Shown here one piece after another: positions 45,980-54,381 of a stretch of DNA of 64,000 nucleotides. The DNA comes from an uncultured virus (IMG/VR IMGVR_UViG_2775507275_000005). Its lineage: Duplodnaviria > Heunggongvirae > Uroviricota > Caudoviricetes. The translations under genes and the position numbers were made by a program. Position 1 is the first letter of the stretch; every line of letters starts with the position of its first letter. Below the pieces are notes generated by a model. The model searched no databases. It saw only the letters and a program-made list of their open reading frames with translations, and was not told where the DNA came from. The DNA lies in the IMG/VR virus record IMGVR_UViG_2775507275_000005, one strand, 5' to 3'.

Positions 45980-47569
45980 ATGGCTCAAATTCTTGATATG
46001 TACGGACAGCCGATCCAGCGCGAGGTGCTGTCCGAGCCGCAGACGTCGAAGCTCGGCTGGATCACGCGCGATTTTGCGCAGCATCCGTCGCGAGGCCTCA
46101 CGCCGAAGAAGCTGCATTCGATCCTGGAAGCCGCCGAGTACGGCGACCTGATGGCGCAGTCCGATCTGTTCGTCGACATGGAGGAACGCGACGCGCACCT
46201 GTTCGCCGAGATGAGCAAGCGCAAGCGCGCGCTGCTCACGCTCGACTGGAACATCGTCGCACCCGCGAATGCCAGCGCCGAAGAGAAAAAGCAAACCGCG
46301 CAGTTGGATGAGTGGTTCACCGACATCGCCAACTTCGACGACGTGCTATTCGATCTGATGGACGCGGTCGGCCACGGTTTCTCGGCGCAGGAGATCGAGT
46401 GGCACCAGGTCGAGAAGGTATGGCTCCCGAAAACGCTTACTCACCGGCCGCAGCGCTGGTTCCGCACGCCGCTGTACGACGGCAACGATCTGCGTCTGCG
46501 TGACAACTCGTCGGACGGCCAACCGCTCTGGCCGTTCGGATGGCTCGTGCACAAGCATCGCGCGAAGAGTGGGTATCTGACCCGCGCAGGTCTGCACCGC
46601 GTGTTGGCATGGCCGTACCTGTTCAAGACCTATGCCGTGTCGGACCTCGCCGAGTTCCTCGAAATCTACGGTCTGCCGCTGCGCGTCGGCAAGTATCCGC
46701 CCGGTTCGACGAAGGAAGAGAAAGCCACGCTGCTGCGCGCGGTCGCCGAGATCGGCCACAACGCGGCCGGCATCATCCCCGAAGGGATGCTGATCGAGTT
46801 CAAGGAAGCCGCCGACGGCTCGAAAGATCCGTTCGAGGCGATGATCAACTGGTGCGAGAAAAGCGTGTCGAAGGCGATCCTGGGCGGCACGCTGACGTCG
46901 CAGGCCGATGGCAAAACGTCGACGAACGCACTCGGCAAGACGCATAACGAGGTGCGGCAGGATCTGTTGACGTCGGACGCCCGCCAGGCGCAGCGCACAC
47001 TCACGAGCCTCTGTTACATGCTGTCGGCTCTGAACTTCGGCGCATCCGACCCGCGCCGCTGCCCGCGTTTCGAATTCGATACGCGCGACCCTGCGGACTT
47101 GGCGCTGTATGCCGATGCGATTCCGAAGTTCGTCGGAGCCGGAATGAAAATCGGCCGCCAGTGGGCGCAGGACAAGCTCATGATCCCGGAGCCGAAGGAC
47201 GGCGAAGACATCCTCACGGTGCCGAAGCCGCAGATGGCGCTGCCGCCCGAAGAGCGTACCGACGAGCTGCCGCGTACCGCGAAGATGCGGTATCGCGCCG
47301 TGCTGCGCAATGCGGCCGGCGAGATCGTCTATCCCGACCAGGACGAGCTGGACCAGACGGTTGCCGCGCTACCGGCCGACGCGATCACCGAGGCGCTGCG
47401 CGCCACGCTCGGACCGGCGATCGCGGCGCTGCGTCGGGGCGCGACGCCTGACGAGGCGATCGAGATGCTGCTCGAAGCGCAGCCGGACATGGACGATACG
47501 GCGATGCAGGAGCTGCTCGCGCGCTGCATCTTCGTGGCCGACGTGTGGGGGCGGCTGAATGGCGGTTGA
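45980..47569 (+). CDS. Portal protein (DUF935, Mu gp29)
   Basis: HPSRGLTP, DMEERDAH, FLEIYGLPLRVGKY, SKAILGGTLT. Confidence 0.93.
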   Translation: MAQILDMYGQPIQREVLSEPQTSKLGWITRDFAQHPSRGLTPKKLHSILEAAEYGDLMAQSDLFVDMEERDAHLFAEMSKRKRALLTLDWNIVAPANASAEEKKQTAQLDEWFTDIANFDDVLFDLMDAVGHGFSAQEIEWHQVEKVWLPKTLTHRPQRWFRTPLYDGNDLRLRDNSSDGQPLWPFGWLVHKHRAKSGYLTRAGLHRVLAWPYLFKTYAVSDLAEFLEIYGLPLRVGKYPPGSTKEEKATLLRAVAEIGHNAAGIIPEGMLIEFKEAADGSKDPFEAMINWCEKSVSKAILGGTLTSQADGKTSTNALGKTHNEVRQDLLTSDARQAQRTLTSLCYMLSALNFGASDPRRCPRFEFDTRDPADLALYADAIPKFVGAGMKIGRQWAQDKLMIPEPKDGEDILTVPKPQMALPPEERTDELPRTAKMRYRAVLRNAAGEIVYPDQDELDQTVAALPADAITEALRATLGPAIAALRRGATPDEAIEMLLEAQPDMDDTAMQELLARCIFVADVWGRLNGG

Positions 47570-48872
47570 TCTGGCCTACGCGATCGGCCTCGAACCGGAG
47601 AAAGCGATCGCCTACTTCGAGTCGAAGGGCTACCAGATCGGATTCCGCTGGCAGGACGTCGCCGCCGAGGCGCACGCGAAGGCGTTCACGGTTGCCGGCG
47701 TGATGAAGGTCGACGTGCTGCAGGACATTCGCCAGGCGCTCACGACGTCGTTAAAAAAGGGCACGACGTTCGACGAGTTTAAACGGCAGCTTTCGCCGGT
47801 CCTGGAACGCAAGGGTTGGCTCGGCCAGGGCGTAATAGTCGACCCGGACACTGGCGAGATCGAGGGCAAGCGGCTCACGCCCCGTCGCTTGCAGACGATC
47901 TTCCAGACCAACATGCAGTCGGCCTACATGGCCGGCCGCTACGCGACGCAGCTCGAGCAGGTCGACACGCATCCGTATTGGGAGTACGTCGCGGTGCTCG
48001 ATAGCCGCACGCGGCCGGCGCACCGCGCGCTCGCCGGCGCGATCTACCGGTACGACGATCCGTTCTGGCAGACGTTCTATCCGCCGAACGGCTACCGGTG
48101 CCGGTGCCGCGTGCGGACCCGCACGCGCGCGTATGTCGAACAGAACGGTATCCCGGTACGCGACAGCAAGGGGAACATCGTCGAGGTCGAGATCGTCGAT
48201 CGCTCCGGCGCGAAACAGCCCGCGCTCGCCTATAAAGACCCGGCCACCGGTCAGAAGCTGCTGCCGGACCCGGGTTTCAGCTCGAACCCCGGCGCGCAGT
48301 GGATGAAGCCATTCACACCGCCACCGTCCGACAGCTTGCCGCGCACCTTCCCGTCCGGCGTCGAGCTGCCGACGGTGCCGACGCCGACCCCGGTGCCGGC
48401 GTCGACCATGCTGCCGGCCGGCCTTCCCCCGCAGCAATACGCGCAGGCGTTCCTGCGGGAGTTCGGCCTGCAGCTCGGCGAGTCGACGGTATTCAAGGAC
48501 GTCACGCGCTCGGCCGTCACGATCTCGGAGGATCTGTTCCAGGCCGGCGACGGAAGCTGGAAGGCGGACAAGGATGGGCGCGGCGCGTATATGTCGCTGC
48601 TCGCGCGGGCGATCCAGGAACCGGACGAGGTATGGCTGCGGTGGGAAGAGAGTCGCGCGCAGCCCGGGACGTGGTTGCTCAAACGGCGCTACATCAAGTC
48701 CTGGTTGATCGACGGCCAGGCTGGCGCGCAATACGGTCTGAGCGTCTTCGAGCTGGGCCAGGACGGCTGGGCCGGGTCGACGGCCATGATGGCGAACGTC
48801 GAGCGCGGCGAGGAAGCGCGCCGTCGCTATATAGAGAAGCAGCGTGACGGTTTTCTGGCGTACCGCAAATAG
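47559..48872 (+). CDS. MuF (Mu gp30) head protein with C-terminal PBECR2-like nuclease domain
   Basis: RLQTIFQTN, DSRTRPAH, YPPNGYRCRC; C-terminal LLARAIQEPDEVW..RRYIK..GWAGST..YIEKQRDG. Confidence 0.85.
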   Translation: MAVDLAYAIGLEPEKAIAYFESKGYQIGFRWQDVAAEAHAKAFTVAGVMKVDVLQDIRQALTTSLKKGTTFDEFKRQLSPVLERKGWLGQGVIVDPDTGEIEGKRLTPRRLQTIFQTNMQSAYMAGRYATQLEQVDTHPYWEYVAVLDSRTRPAHRALAGAIYRYDDPFWQTFYPPNGYRCRCRVRTRTRAYVEQNGIPVRDSKGNIVEVEIVDRSGAKQPALAYKDPATGQKLLPDPGFSSNPGAQWMKPFTPPPSDSLPRTFPSGVELPTVPTPTPVPASTMLPAGLPPQQYAQAFLREFGLQLGESTVFKDVTRSAVTISEDLFQAGDGSWKADKDGRGAYMSLLARAIQEPDEVWLRWEESRAQPGTWLLKRRYIKSWLIDGQAGAQYGLSVFELGQDGWAGSTAMMANVERGEEARRRYIEKQRDGFLAYRK

Positions 48873-48876
48873 AAAA

Positions 48877-48957
48877 GCCCGCGACGCCGACTCGTCGCGG
48901 GCCACCGTGCAGTTCCTTTGGTCGCGTCAGTCGGAAGCTTGTGCGACTGCAATCGGT
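48877..48957 (+). ncRNA. Candidate structured RNA (kissing loop) downstream of MuF
   Basis: 10-bp stem with loop CCGACT; the second hairpin loop contains AGTCGG. Confidence 0.4.
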
Positions 48958-48975
48958 ATGAACAGAGTATAGCCG

Positions 48976-49560
48976 ATGATTGAAACCCAGGTCGATGACA
49001 CGCAGTACGAGGCGGCGATGGCGCGGGTGTACGCGCTGATGCAGGATGCCTCGCCGATCACGTCGCTGATCGCCGCGCTGATGCTCGACGCAGTCGAAGA
49101 GAATTTCGCGCAACAGGGGCGGCCGAAGTGGCTCGGGTTGAGTCCGAAGACGCTCAAGCGCCGCCGCGAGGAAGCCGGCACCGGCAAGATTCTGCAGCGC
49201 TCAGGCCGACTCGCGTCGAGCGTCACGTCGACGCACGACGCCACGTCCGCCCGCGTCGGCACTAATGTCGTATACGCGGCGATCCACCAGTTCGGCGGCA
49301 CGATCCAGCGCCATCCCATGTCCGGCTACGTTAGATTGCGCAAGGGCCGCGACGGCATGATCATGCGCCAGGCGAACCACCCGCACCTGGCCGTGTTCGC
49401 GAAGAACGGCCACAAGCAGGTCAAGATCGTGAAATGGACCCGTAGCCAGGGCTGGACGATCAAGATTCCGGCGCGTCCGGTCTTCGTGCTGACCGAGGCG
49501 GACAATATCGGGATCGAGTCGGAGGTTTCCGCCTACCTGCGCCGCCTATTCGATGCTTGA
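48976..49560 (+). CDS. Virion morphogenesis protein (Mu gpG)
   Basis: ENFAQQGRPKW..L, ILQRSGRL, VGTNVVYAAIHQFGG, IPARP. Confidence 0.92.
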   Translation: MIETQVDDTQYEAAMARVYALMQDASPITSLIAALMLDAVEENFAQQGRPKWLGLSPKTLKRRREEAGTGKILQRSGRLASSVTSTHDATSARVGTNVVYAAIHQFGGTIQRHPMSGYVRLRKGRDGMIMRQANHPHLAVFAKNGHKQVKIVKWTRSQGWTIKIPARPVFVLTEADNIGIESEVSAYLRRLFDA

Positions 49561-49800
49561 GTGGCGGCAAAAGGCCGAAATGGAAAATTAGGGCCTAGAA
49601 GCCGCTGGGATACTGTGGGGTTGCCGAGGTATAGGTCAGGACTGGCGAAGCCCGCCACGTTGTTTAACCCCCCCGTTAAAAACGATTTCTTATCGGGAGG
49701 GTGTTGAGAAAAACTGTTCGGGCTCGGGAAAACCGAAAATCGCCAGTGCGAGATACGCCCGGCGCATGAGATTTTTTCCATGCGCGCAGTATAGCGGCCC
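49561..49800. other. Non-coding G-I interval, candidate strong gyrase site
   Basis: AT-richer with A-tracts; same position as the Mu SGS; ~18.5 kb from the left end. Confidence 0.5.
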
Positions 49801-49827
49801 CCTCGTGGCGGATGACGGCAGGCCCAA

Positions 49828-49871
49828 CTGACCTCTGCCAGCTCGTCAGGCCCGCTACTGGCCGCCACCAT
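49828..49871 (+). promoter_or_regulatory. Late promoter, PI-like
   Basis: CTGACCTC, CACCAT starting 38 nt later, ATG 6 nt after that. Confidence 0.65.
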
Positions 49872-49877
49872 GGCGGC

Positions 49878-50987
49878 ATGGCTACTTTCTTCATCGCGGC
49901 ACTTTCCGCGCAAATCCAGTCCACCGGCACGACGCTCAAGCTGCTGCCGGCCGGCGAGTTCCGTGCGCGGGACGGCCGGCCGACCCAATGCGCCGCGTGG
50001 CGGCTCGATGCGGCTGGCGCGGAACGCCTCATCGCGGCGGCCAGCGCGCGCCAGACCCGCTATGTGATCGACTATGAGCACCAGACGCTGAACTCGGCGA
50101 CGAACGGCCAGCCCGCGCCGGCCGCTGCCTGGTTCAAGACGCTGGAATGGCGCGAAGGCGACGGTCTGTACGCGACCGACGTCAAATGGACCGCTCGCGC
50201 CTCCTTGATGCTCGACGCCGACGAATACGCCTACATCTCTCCCGTGTTCGCCTTTGACAAGGCGGGCAACGTGACCGCGCTGCTCAATGCGGCGCTGACC
50301 AACGACCCCGCGCTCGACTGTCTCGACGAGGTGCAGCTCACGGCTGCCTGCTCGGCGGCGATGCACGCATTCGACTCCGCCGCGCACGCGGCGCTTTCCA
50401 CTGTCCTACCTACCGAGGTTCCCAATATGGAAGAACTCCTGGAACAACTGCGCTGGCTGCTGAACATGCCGGTCGGCGCGACCGCCGATGACGTCACGGC
50501 CCAGCTCAAGAAGCTGATCGAATCGCTGTCCGGCGGCCAGGGCGTCGCGGCCGCGAGCGCCAACCTGCCGGCGTTGCTCGACGCGCAGCGCAGCCAGATC
50601 GCCACGCTCACGGCAAACCAGGCCGACCCGGCGCGCTTCGTGCCGATCGCGGTCATGACCGACCTGCGCACGCAGCTCGACGCGGCCAACGCGAAGCTCG
50701 CCGGCAACGAAGTCGAGGAACTGGTGACGGCCGCGCTGAAGAACGGCCGCCTGCTGCCTGCGCAGGAAGGCTGGGCGCGCGACCTGGGCAAGAGCAACGT
50801 CGCCGCGCTGAAGCAATTCATCTCGACCGCTCAGCCGATCCAAGCGCTCGGCGGCACGCAGACGGGCGGCAACCCGCCGGCCGACGACAGAACGGGCGCT
50901 GCCGCGCTGTCGGCCGAAGAACTCGCCGTGTGTAAGGCGCTCGGCCTCGACCCTGCGACCTACAAGACGTCGCAGCCGGCCGCCTGA
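49878..50987 (+). CDS. Mu gpI protease/scaffold
   Basis: LLPAGEFRARDGRP, IDYEHQT, PAAAW, YISPVF, ALTNDPAL. Confidence 0.92.
   Translation: MATFFIAALSAQIQSTGTTLKLLPAGEFRARDGRPTQCAAWRLDAAGAERLIAAASARQTRYVIDYEHQTLNSATNGQPAPAAAWFKTLEWREGDGLYATDVKWTARASLMLDADEYAYISPVFAFDKAGNVTALLNAALTNDPALDCLDEVQLTAACSAAMHAFDSAAHAALSTVLPTEVPNMEELLEQLRWLLNMPVGATADDVTAQLKKLIESLSGGQGVAAASANLPALLDAQRSQIATLTANQADPARFVPIAVMTDLRTQLDAANAKLAGNEVEELVTAALKNGRLLPAQEGWARDLGKSNVAALKQFISTAQPIQALGGTQTGGNPPADDRTGAAALSAEELAVCKALGLDPATYKTSQPAA
50427..50987 (+). CDS. Internal-start scaffold (Mu gpZ-like)
   Basis: GAGGT RBS and in-frame ATG (MEELLEQLRWLL). Confidence 0.6.
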   Translation: MEELLEQLRWLLNMPVGATADDVTAQLKKLIESLSGGQGVAAASANLPALLDAQRSQIATLTANQADPARFVPIAVMTDLRTQLDAANAKLAGNEVEELVTAALKNGRLLPAQEGWARDLGKSNVAALKQFISTAQPIQALGGTQTGGNPPADDRTGAAALSAEELAVCKALGLDPATYKTSQPAA

Positions 50988-51029
50988 CGGTCGCGTGGCC
51001 GCTCGTTTCACTTCCACCAGGAGATTCAC

Positions 51030-51440
51030 ATGACTGCATTGACTGCCGACCGCGACACCGTCCATCGCGCCGGCCTGCTGTTCAGCTACCCGGCCAAGAG
51101 CGGCGTGCTGTTCTTTGTCGGCGCGATCGCCGCGATCGACACGGCGACCGGCTTCGCGACCAAGGGCGCGGAATCGACCACGCTCAAGGGCGCGGGCATC
51201 GTCCAGGAGCAGATCGACAACACGGCCGGCGCGGACGGCGCGAAGACCGTGACGATCCGGCGCGGCCAGTGGCGTGTCGCGAATTCAGCCGGCGCTGATC
51301 AACTCACGCTGAAGGACATCGGCTCGACCGCGTACATCGTCGACGACCAGACCGTCGCGAAGACGGACGGCGGCGGCAAGCGCTCGGTCGCCGGCACCGT
51401 GGTCGACATCGACCCGGGCGGCGTCTGGATAGCGTTCTAA
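51030..51440 (+). CDS. Head decoration-like protein
   Basis: MTALTADRDT, YIVDDQTV, GVWI; upstream of the capsid gene. Confidence 0.7.
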   Translation: MTALTADRDTVHRAGLLFSYPAKSGVLFFVGAIAAIDTATGFATKGAESTTLKGAGIVQEQIDNTAGADGAKTVTIRRGQWRVANSAGADQLTLKDIGSTAYIVDDQTVAKTDGGGKRSVAGTVVDIDPGGVWIAF

Positions 51441-51484
51441 CGCGATCCGCTACACCCCAATCGACTACTCCATAAGGAAAGCAC

Positions 51485-52378
51485 ATGGAAATCAACCGCG
51501 CCAACCTGCGCGCCCTGTTCACGGGATACAACACCGTATTCCAGCAAGCCTTCGACGGCGCGCCGTCCGACTGGAATCGCGTGGCGATGCCAGTGCCGTC
51601 GACCACTTCGCAGGAAGTCTATCCGTGGCTCGGCCAGACCACACGCTTTCGCGAGTGGATCGGCGACCGTGTTCTTCAGAATCTGACGTCCCACGATTTC
51701 TCGATCAAGAACAAATCGTTTGAGAACACAGTCACAGTCGGCCGCACCACGGTCGAGGACGATACCTACGGCATTTACAAGCCGGCTATGGCGCAGCTCG
51801 GCCTCGACGCGAAGCAGCATCCGGACGAGCTGGTGTTCGGCTTGCTCAAGCAAGGTGCGACGAAAACCTGCTACGACGGTCAATATTTTTTCGATACCGA
51901 TCATCCGGTCGTGCAGGAAAACGGCACGGTCGGTTCCGTCTCGAACTTCAAGGCAGGCACTGGCCCGACCTGGTATTTGCTTGATATGACGCGCGTCGTC
52001 AAGCCGATCATCTTGCAGCAGCGCAAGCCGTACAACTTCGTGGCTATGGACCAGGAAACCGACGAAGTCGTGTTCTCGGCGAACGCGCTCCGCTACGGCG
52101 TCGACGCACGTTGCAACGTCGGCTTCGCACTTTGGCAACTCGCGTATGCATCGCAGGACGAGCTGAACGAAGACAGCTACGAGGCCGCTCGCCAGGCAAT
52201 GACCAGCATGAAGGGCGACAACGGCCGCCCGCTCGGCATCCGACCGTCGCTCCTGGTCGTGCCGCCGATGTATGAGGGGCGCGGCCGGAAGATCCTCAAC
52301 GCCGATGCGAACAACTACGGCGCGACCAACGTCTGGAAGGGTTCGGCCGATCTATTGGCGACGCCCTGGCTGGCATAG
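51485..52378 (+). CDS. Major capsid protein (Mu gpT)
   Basis: YPWLG, REWIGDR, HPDELVF, CYDGQYFFDTDHP, YGVDAR, LVVPP. Confidence 0.95.
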   Translation: MEINRANLRALFTGYNTVFQQAFDGAPSDWNRVAMPVPSTTSQEVYPWLGQTTRFREWIGDRVLQNLTSHDFSIKNKSFENTVTVGRTTVEDDTYGIYKPAMAQLGLDAKQHPDELVFGLLKQGATKTCYDGQYFFDTDHPVVQENGTVGSVSNFKAGTGPTWYLLDMTRVVKPIILQQRKPYNFVAMDQETDEVVFSANALRYGVDARCNVGFALWQLAYASQDELNEDSYEAARQAMTSMKGDNGRPLGIRPSLLVVPPMYEGRGRKILNADANNYGATNVWKGSADLLATPWLA

Positions 52379-52506
52379 CAGGACACACCGGGATAACACC
52401 CCCGCGAGAGACGACCGCGCGACGCCGATAAGCGCGGAGGAAGACCGTCCCGGAGCTGCGGCGCAATGGTGGGCTCCGGTTGAGTTCGAATTCACAGGAG
52501 AGGTTC

Positions 52507-53061
52507 ATGAGCAAGAAACATCCGGCGATCAAGGTGGCGTCGGCCAAGGAAGGGTTTCGCCGCGCTGGCCATGTGTTCGGGATCGTGCCGAAAACGATCG
52601 CGCTGGCTGCGCTTCATCCGGACGCACACGCCGCAATCGTCGCCGACAAGTCCCTGGTCGTGGTCGACACGGCGATCCATCTCAGCGACGAAGAAGCGGC
52701 GGCGCTCCCGCACCACGACGCCGACCACGTGATCGCCGCGCTCGCAAATGCAGACACGCTGACGCTCGACGTGAGCGAAGACGACGCGAAGCGTGCGCTG
52801 GCGCTGGCCGACATCGAAGCGGAGCTGGCGCAGCGCGAAGCGTCGATCAAGCTGCGCGAGGGCGATCTGAAGGCCGCCGAAGACGAATTCGAAGCTGCCG
52901 AAGCGGACCTGAAACGCCGCATTGCCGAATTCGACGAGCGCCACGCGGGCCTCGTCACGCGCGAAAACGATCTGCTCGCGCGCATCCAGGCATTCGAGGC
53001 CGAGCAGGAAGCCGCGAAATCCGGCGGCAAGTCCACGCAGTCGGCCGGCAAGAAGAGCTAA
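52507..53061 (+). CDS. HI1506-like Mu head accessory protein
   Basis: GFRRAGHVF motif and coiled-coil C-terminus. Confidence 0.7.
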   Translation: MSKKHPAIKVASAKEGFRRAGHVFGIVPKTIALAALHPDAHAAIVADKSLVVVDTAIHLSDEEAAALPHHDADHVIAALANADTLTLDVSEDDAKRALALADIEAELAQREASIKLREGDLKAAEDEFEAAEADLKRRIAEFDERHAGLVTRENDLLARIQAFEAEQEAAKSGGKSTQSAGKKS

Positions 53062-53067
53062 CGCGCC

Positions 53068-53481
53068 ATGTACGCCACCGTCGAATTCATGATCGGTCGC
53101 TTCGGACAGCGCGAGGCGATCTCGCTGTCCGATCGCGAACGCACCGGCGACGTGAACGCCGTCGTGCTGGCCGATGCGCTCGACGAGGCATCCGCCGAGA
53201 TCGATACGTATCTGGCGGGCCGGTACGCGCTGCCGCTCGATCCGCAACCGAAGATGCTCGCGGGCGTGTGTTGCGACATCGCGCGCTATCGCCTGTGCGG
53301 CGGCGAAACCGTCATGACCGACGAAATCGACAAGCGTTACAAGGCCGCGATCGCATTCCTGAAGCTCGTCGCGACCGGCGACGTCACGCTCGGCTCGACG
53401 ACGACGGGTTCGATTCCGCAACCCGACAACTCTGTCCAGTTCGTGACAGGCACGCGCGTGTTCGCTCGCGAGAACCGATAA
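53068..53481 (+). CDS. Mu gp36 (DUF1320) head-tail adaptor
   Basis: ASAEIDTYLAGRYALPL, CDIARYRL. Confidence 0.9.
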   Translation: MYATVEFMIGRFGQREAISLSDRERTGDVNAVVLADALDEASAEIDTYLAGRYALPLDPQPKMLAGVCCDIARYRLCGGETVMTDEIDKRYKAAIAFLKLVATGDVTLGSTTTGSIPQPDNSVQFVTGTRVFARENR

Positions 53482-53485
53482 CGCC

Positions 53486-54154
53486 ATGCCCTACGTCCCG
53501 ATCGTCACTGCAGTTGAGCTTGGCGTCGTCGACCGCCTCACGCGCGGCCTCGGCAAGATGGTCGCCGAGGTCAAGACCTACGGCGGGGAATTCGACGACG
53601 AAGAATTGGACACCGTCGTGCGGCGCTTCCCGGCCGCGTGGGTGACGTTTGGCGGCGTGAAGCGCACCGATCCCGTCGCGACGAGTCGATCGAAGTGGAA
53701 GGCCGAGGCGACCTTCGTCGTGATGGTCGGCGCACGCAGCGTTCGGAACGAAGAAACCAGTCGGCACGGCGGACCGGCGCAGATCGAGGTCGGCACGAAC
53801 CTGCTGATCTCGGCCGTCCGCTACCTCCTGAACGAGCAGGACATGGGCCTGCCGATCCGGCATTTCGCGCCGGGCGCGATTCGCACGCTGTTCAACACGA
53901 AGGTCCGTAACGACGCCATGTCGGTCTACGCGCTCGAATTTCATACCGCGTGGGTTGAAGACACGCTATTCGTCGGCGCGTTTCCGCAAGGCAGCGTCGA
54001 AGGTCCGCTCGGCGAGGTGTTCGAGCAATACGACGGCCAGCTCGATCCACCGACGCCGGACTGGAAGTCGACGCTGCTGCGCTACTACCTGCAACCCGGC
54101 ACCGATCGCCCCGCCGATGCGGTGGATCACATTGAGATGAAGGAGCAACCATGA
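53486..54154 (+). CDS. Mu gp37 (DUF1834)
   Basis: VKTYGGEFD, PAAWVTFGG. Confidence 0.85.
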   Translation: MPYVPIVTAVELGVVDRLTRGLGKMVAEVKTYGGEFDDEELDTVVRRFPAAWVTFGGVKRTDPVATSRSKWKAEATFVVMVGARSVRNEETSRHGGPAQIEVGTNLLISAVRYLLNEQDMGLPIRHFAPGAIRTLFNTKVRNDAMSVYALEFHTAWVEDTLFVGAFPQGSVEGPLGEVFEQYDGQLDPPTPDWKSTLLRYYLQPGTDRPADAVDHIEMKEQP

Positions 54155-54378
54155 AAGTGAAAGCCCGTTCCGGGTTGCGTGTCCCGAAGGAACACGCATC
54201 GCGCCAGTACATCACGGACGCTGAAGCCGTCGATGTGCCGGATACCGCCTATTACCACCGCCGCGTCGCCGACGGCGATCTGGTTGTGGAAGCTGCGCCG
54301 GCCGTGGAGTCGAGCGTCGACGTCGCGCCGAGTCCCGCGGTTGAATCGAGTGCCAAAAAGGCCGCGAAAGGAACCTAA
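54151..54378 (+). CDS. Mu gp38 (DUF2635)
   Basis: GLRVPKE, YYHRRVADGDL. Confidence 0.85.
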   Translation: MKVKARSGLRVPKEHASRQYITDAEAVDVPDTAYYHRRVADGDLVVEAAPAVESSVDVAPSPAVESSAKKAAKGT

Positions 54379-54381
54379 CTG

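Noticed and set aside
49561..49877. Anti-CRISPR locus at the G-I position used by D3112-like phages
   Set aside because: No credible ORF or Aca-like HTH gene in the interval
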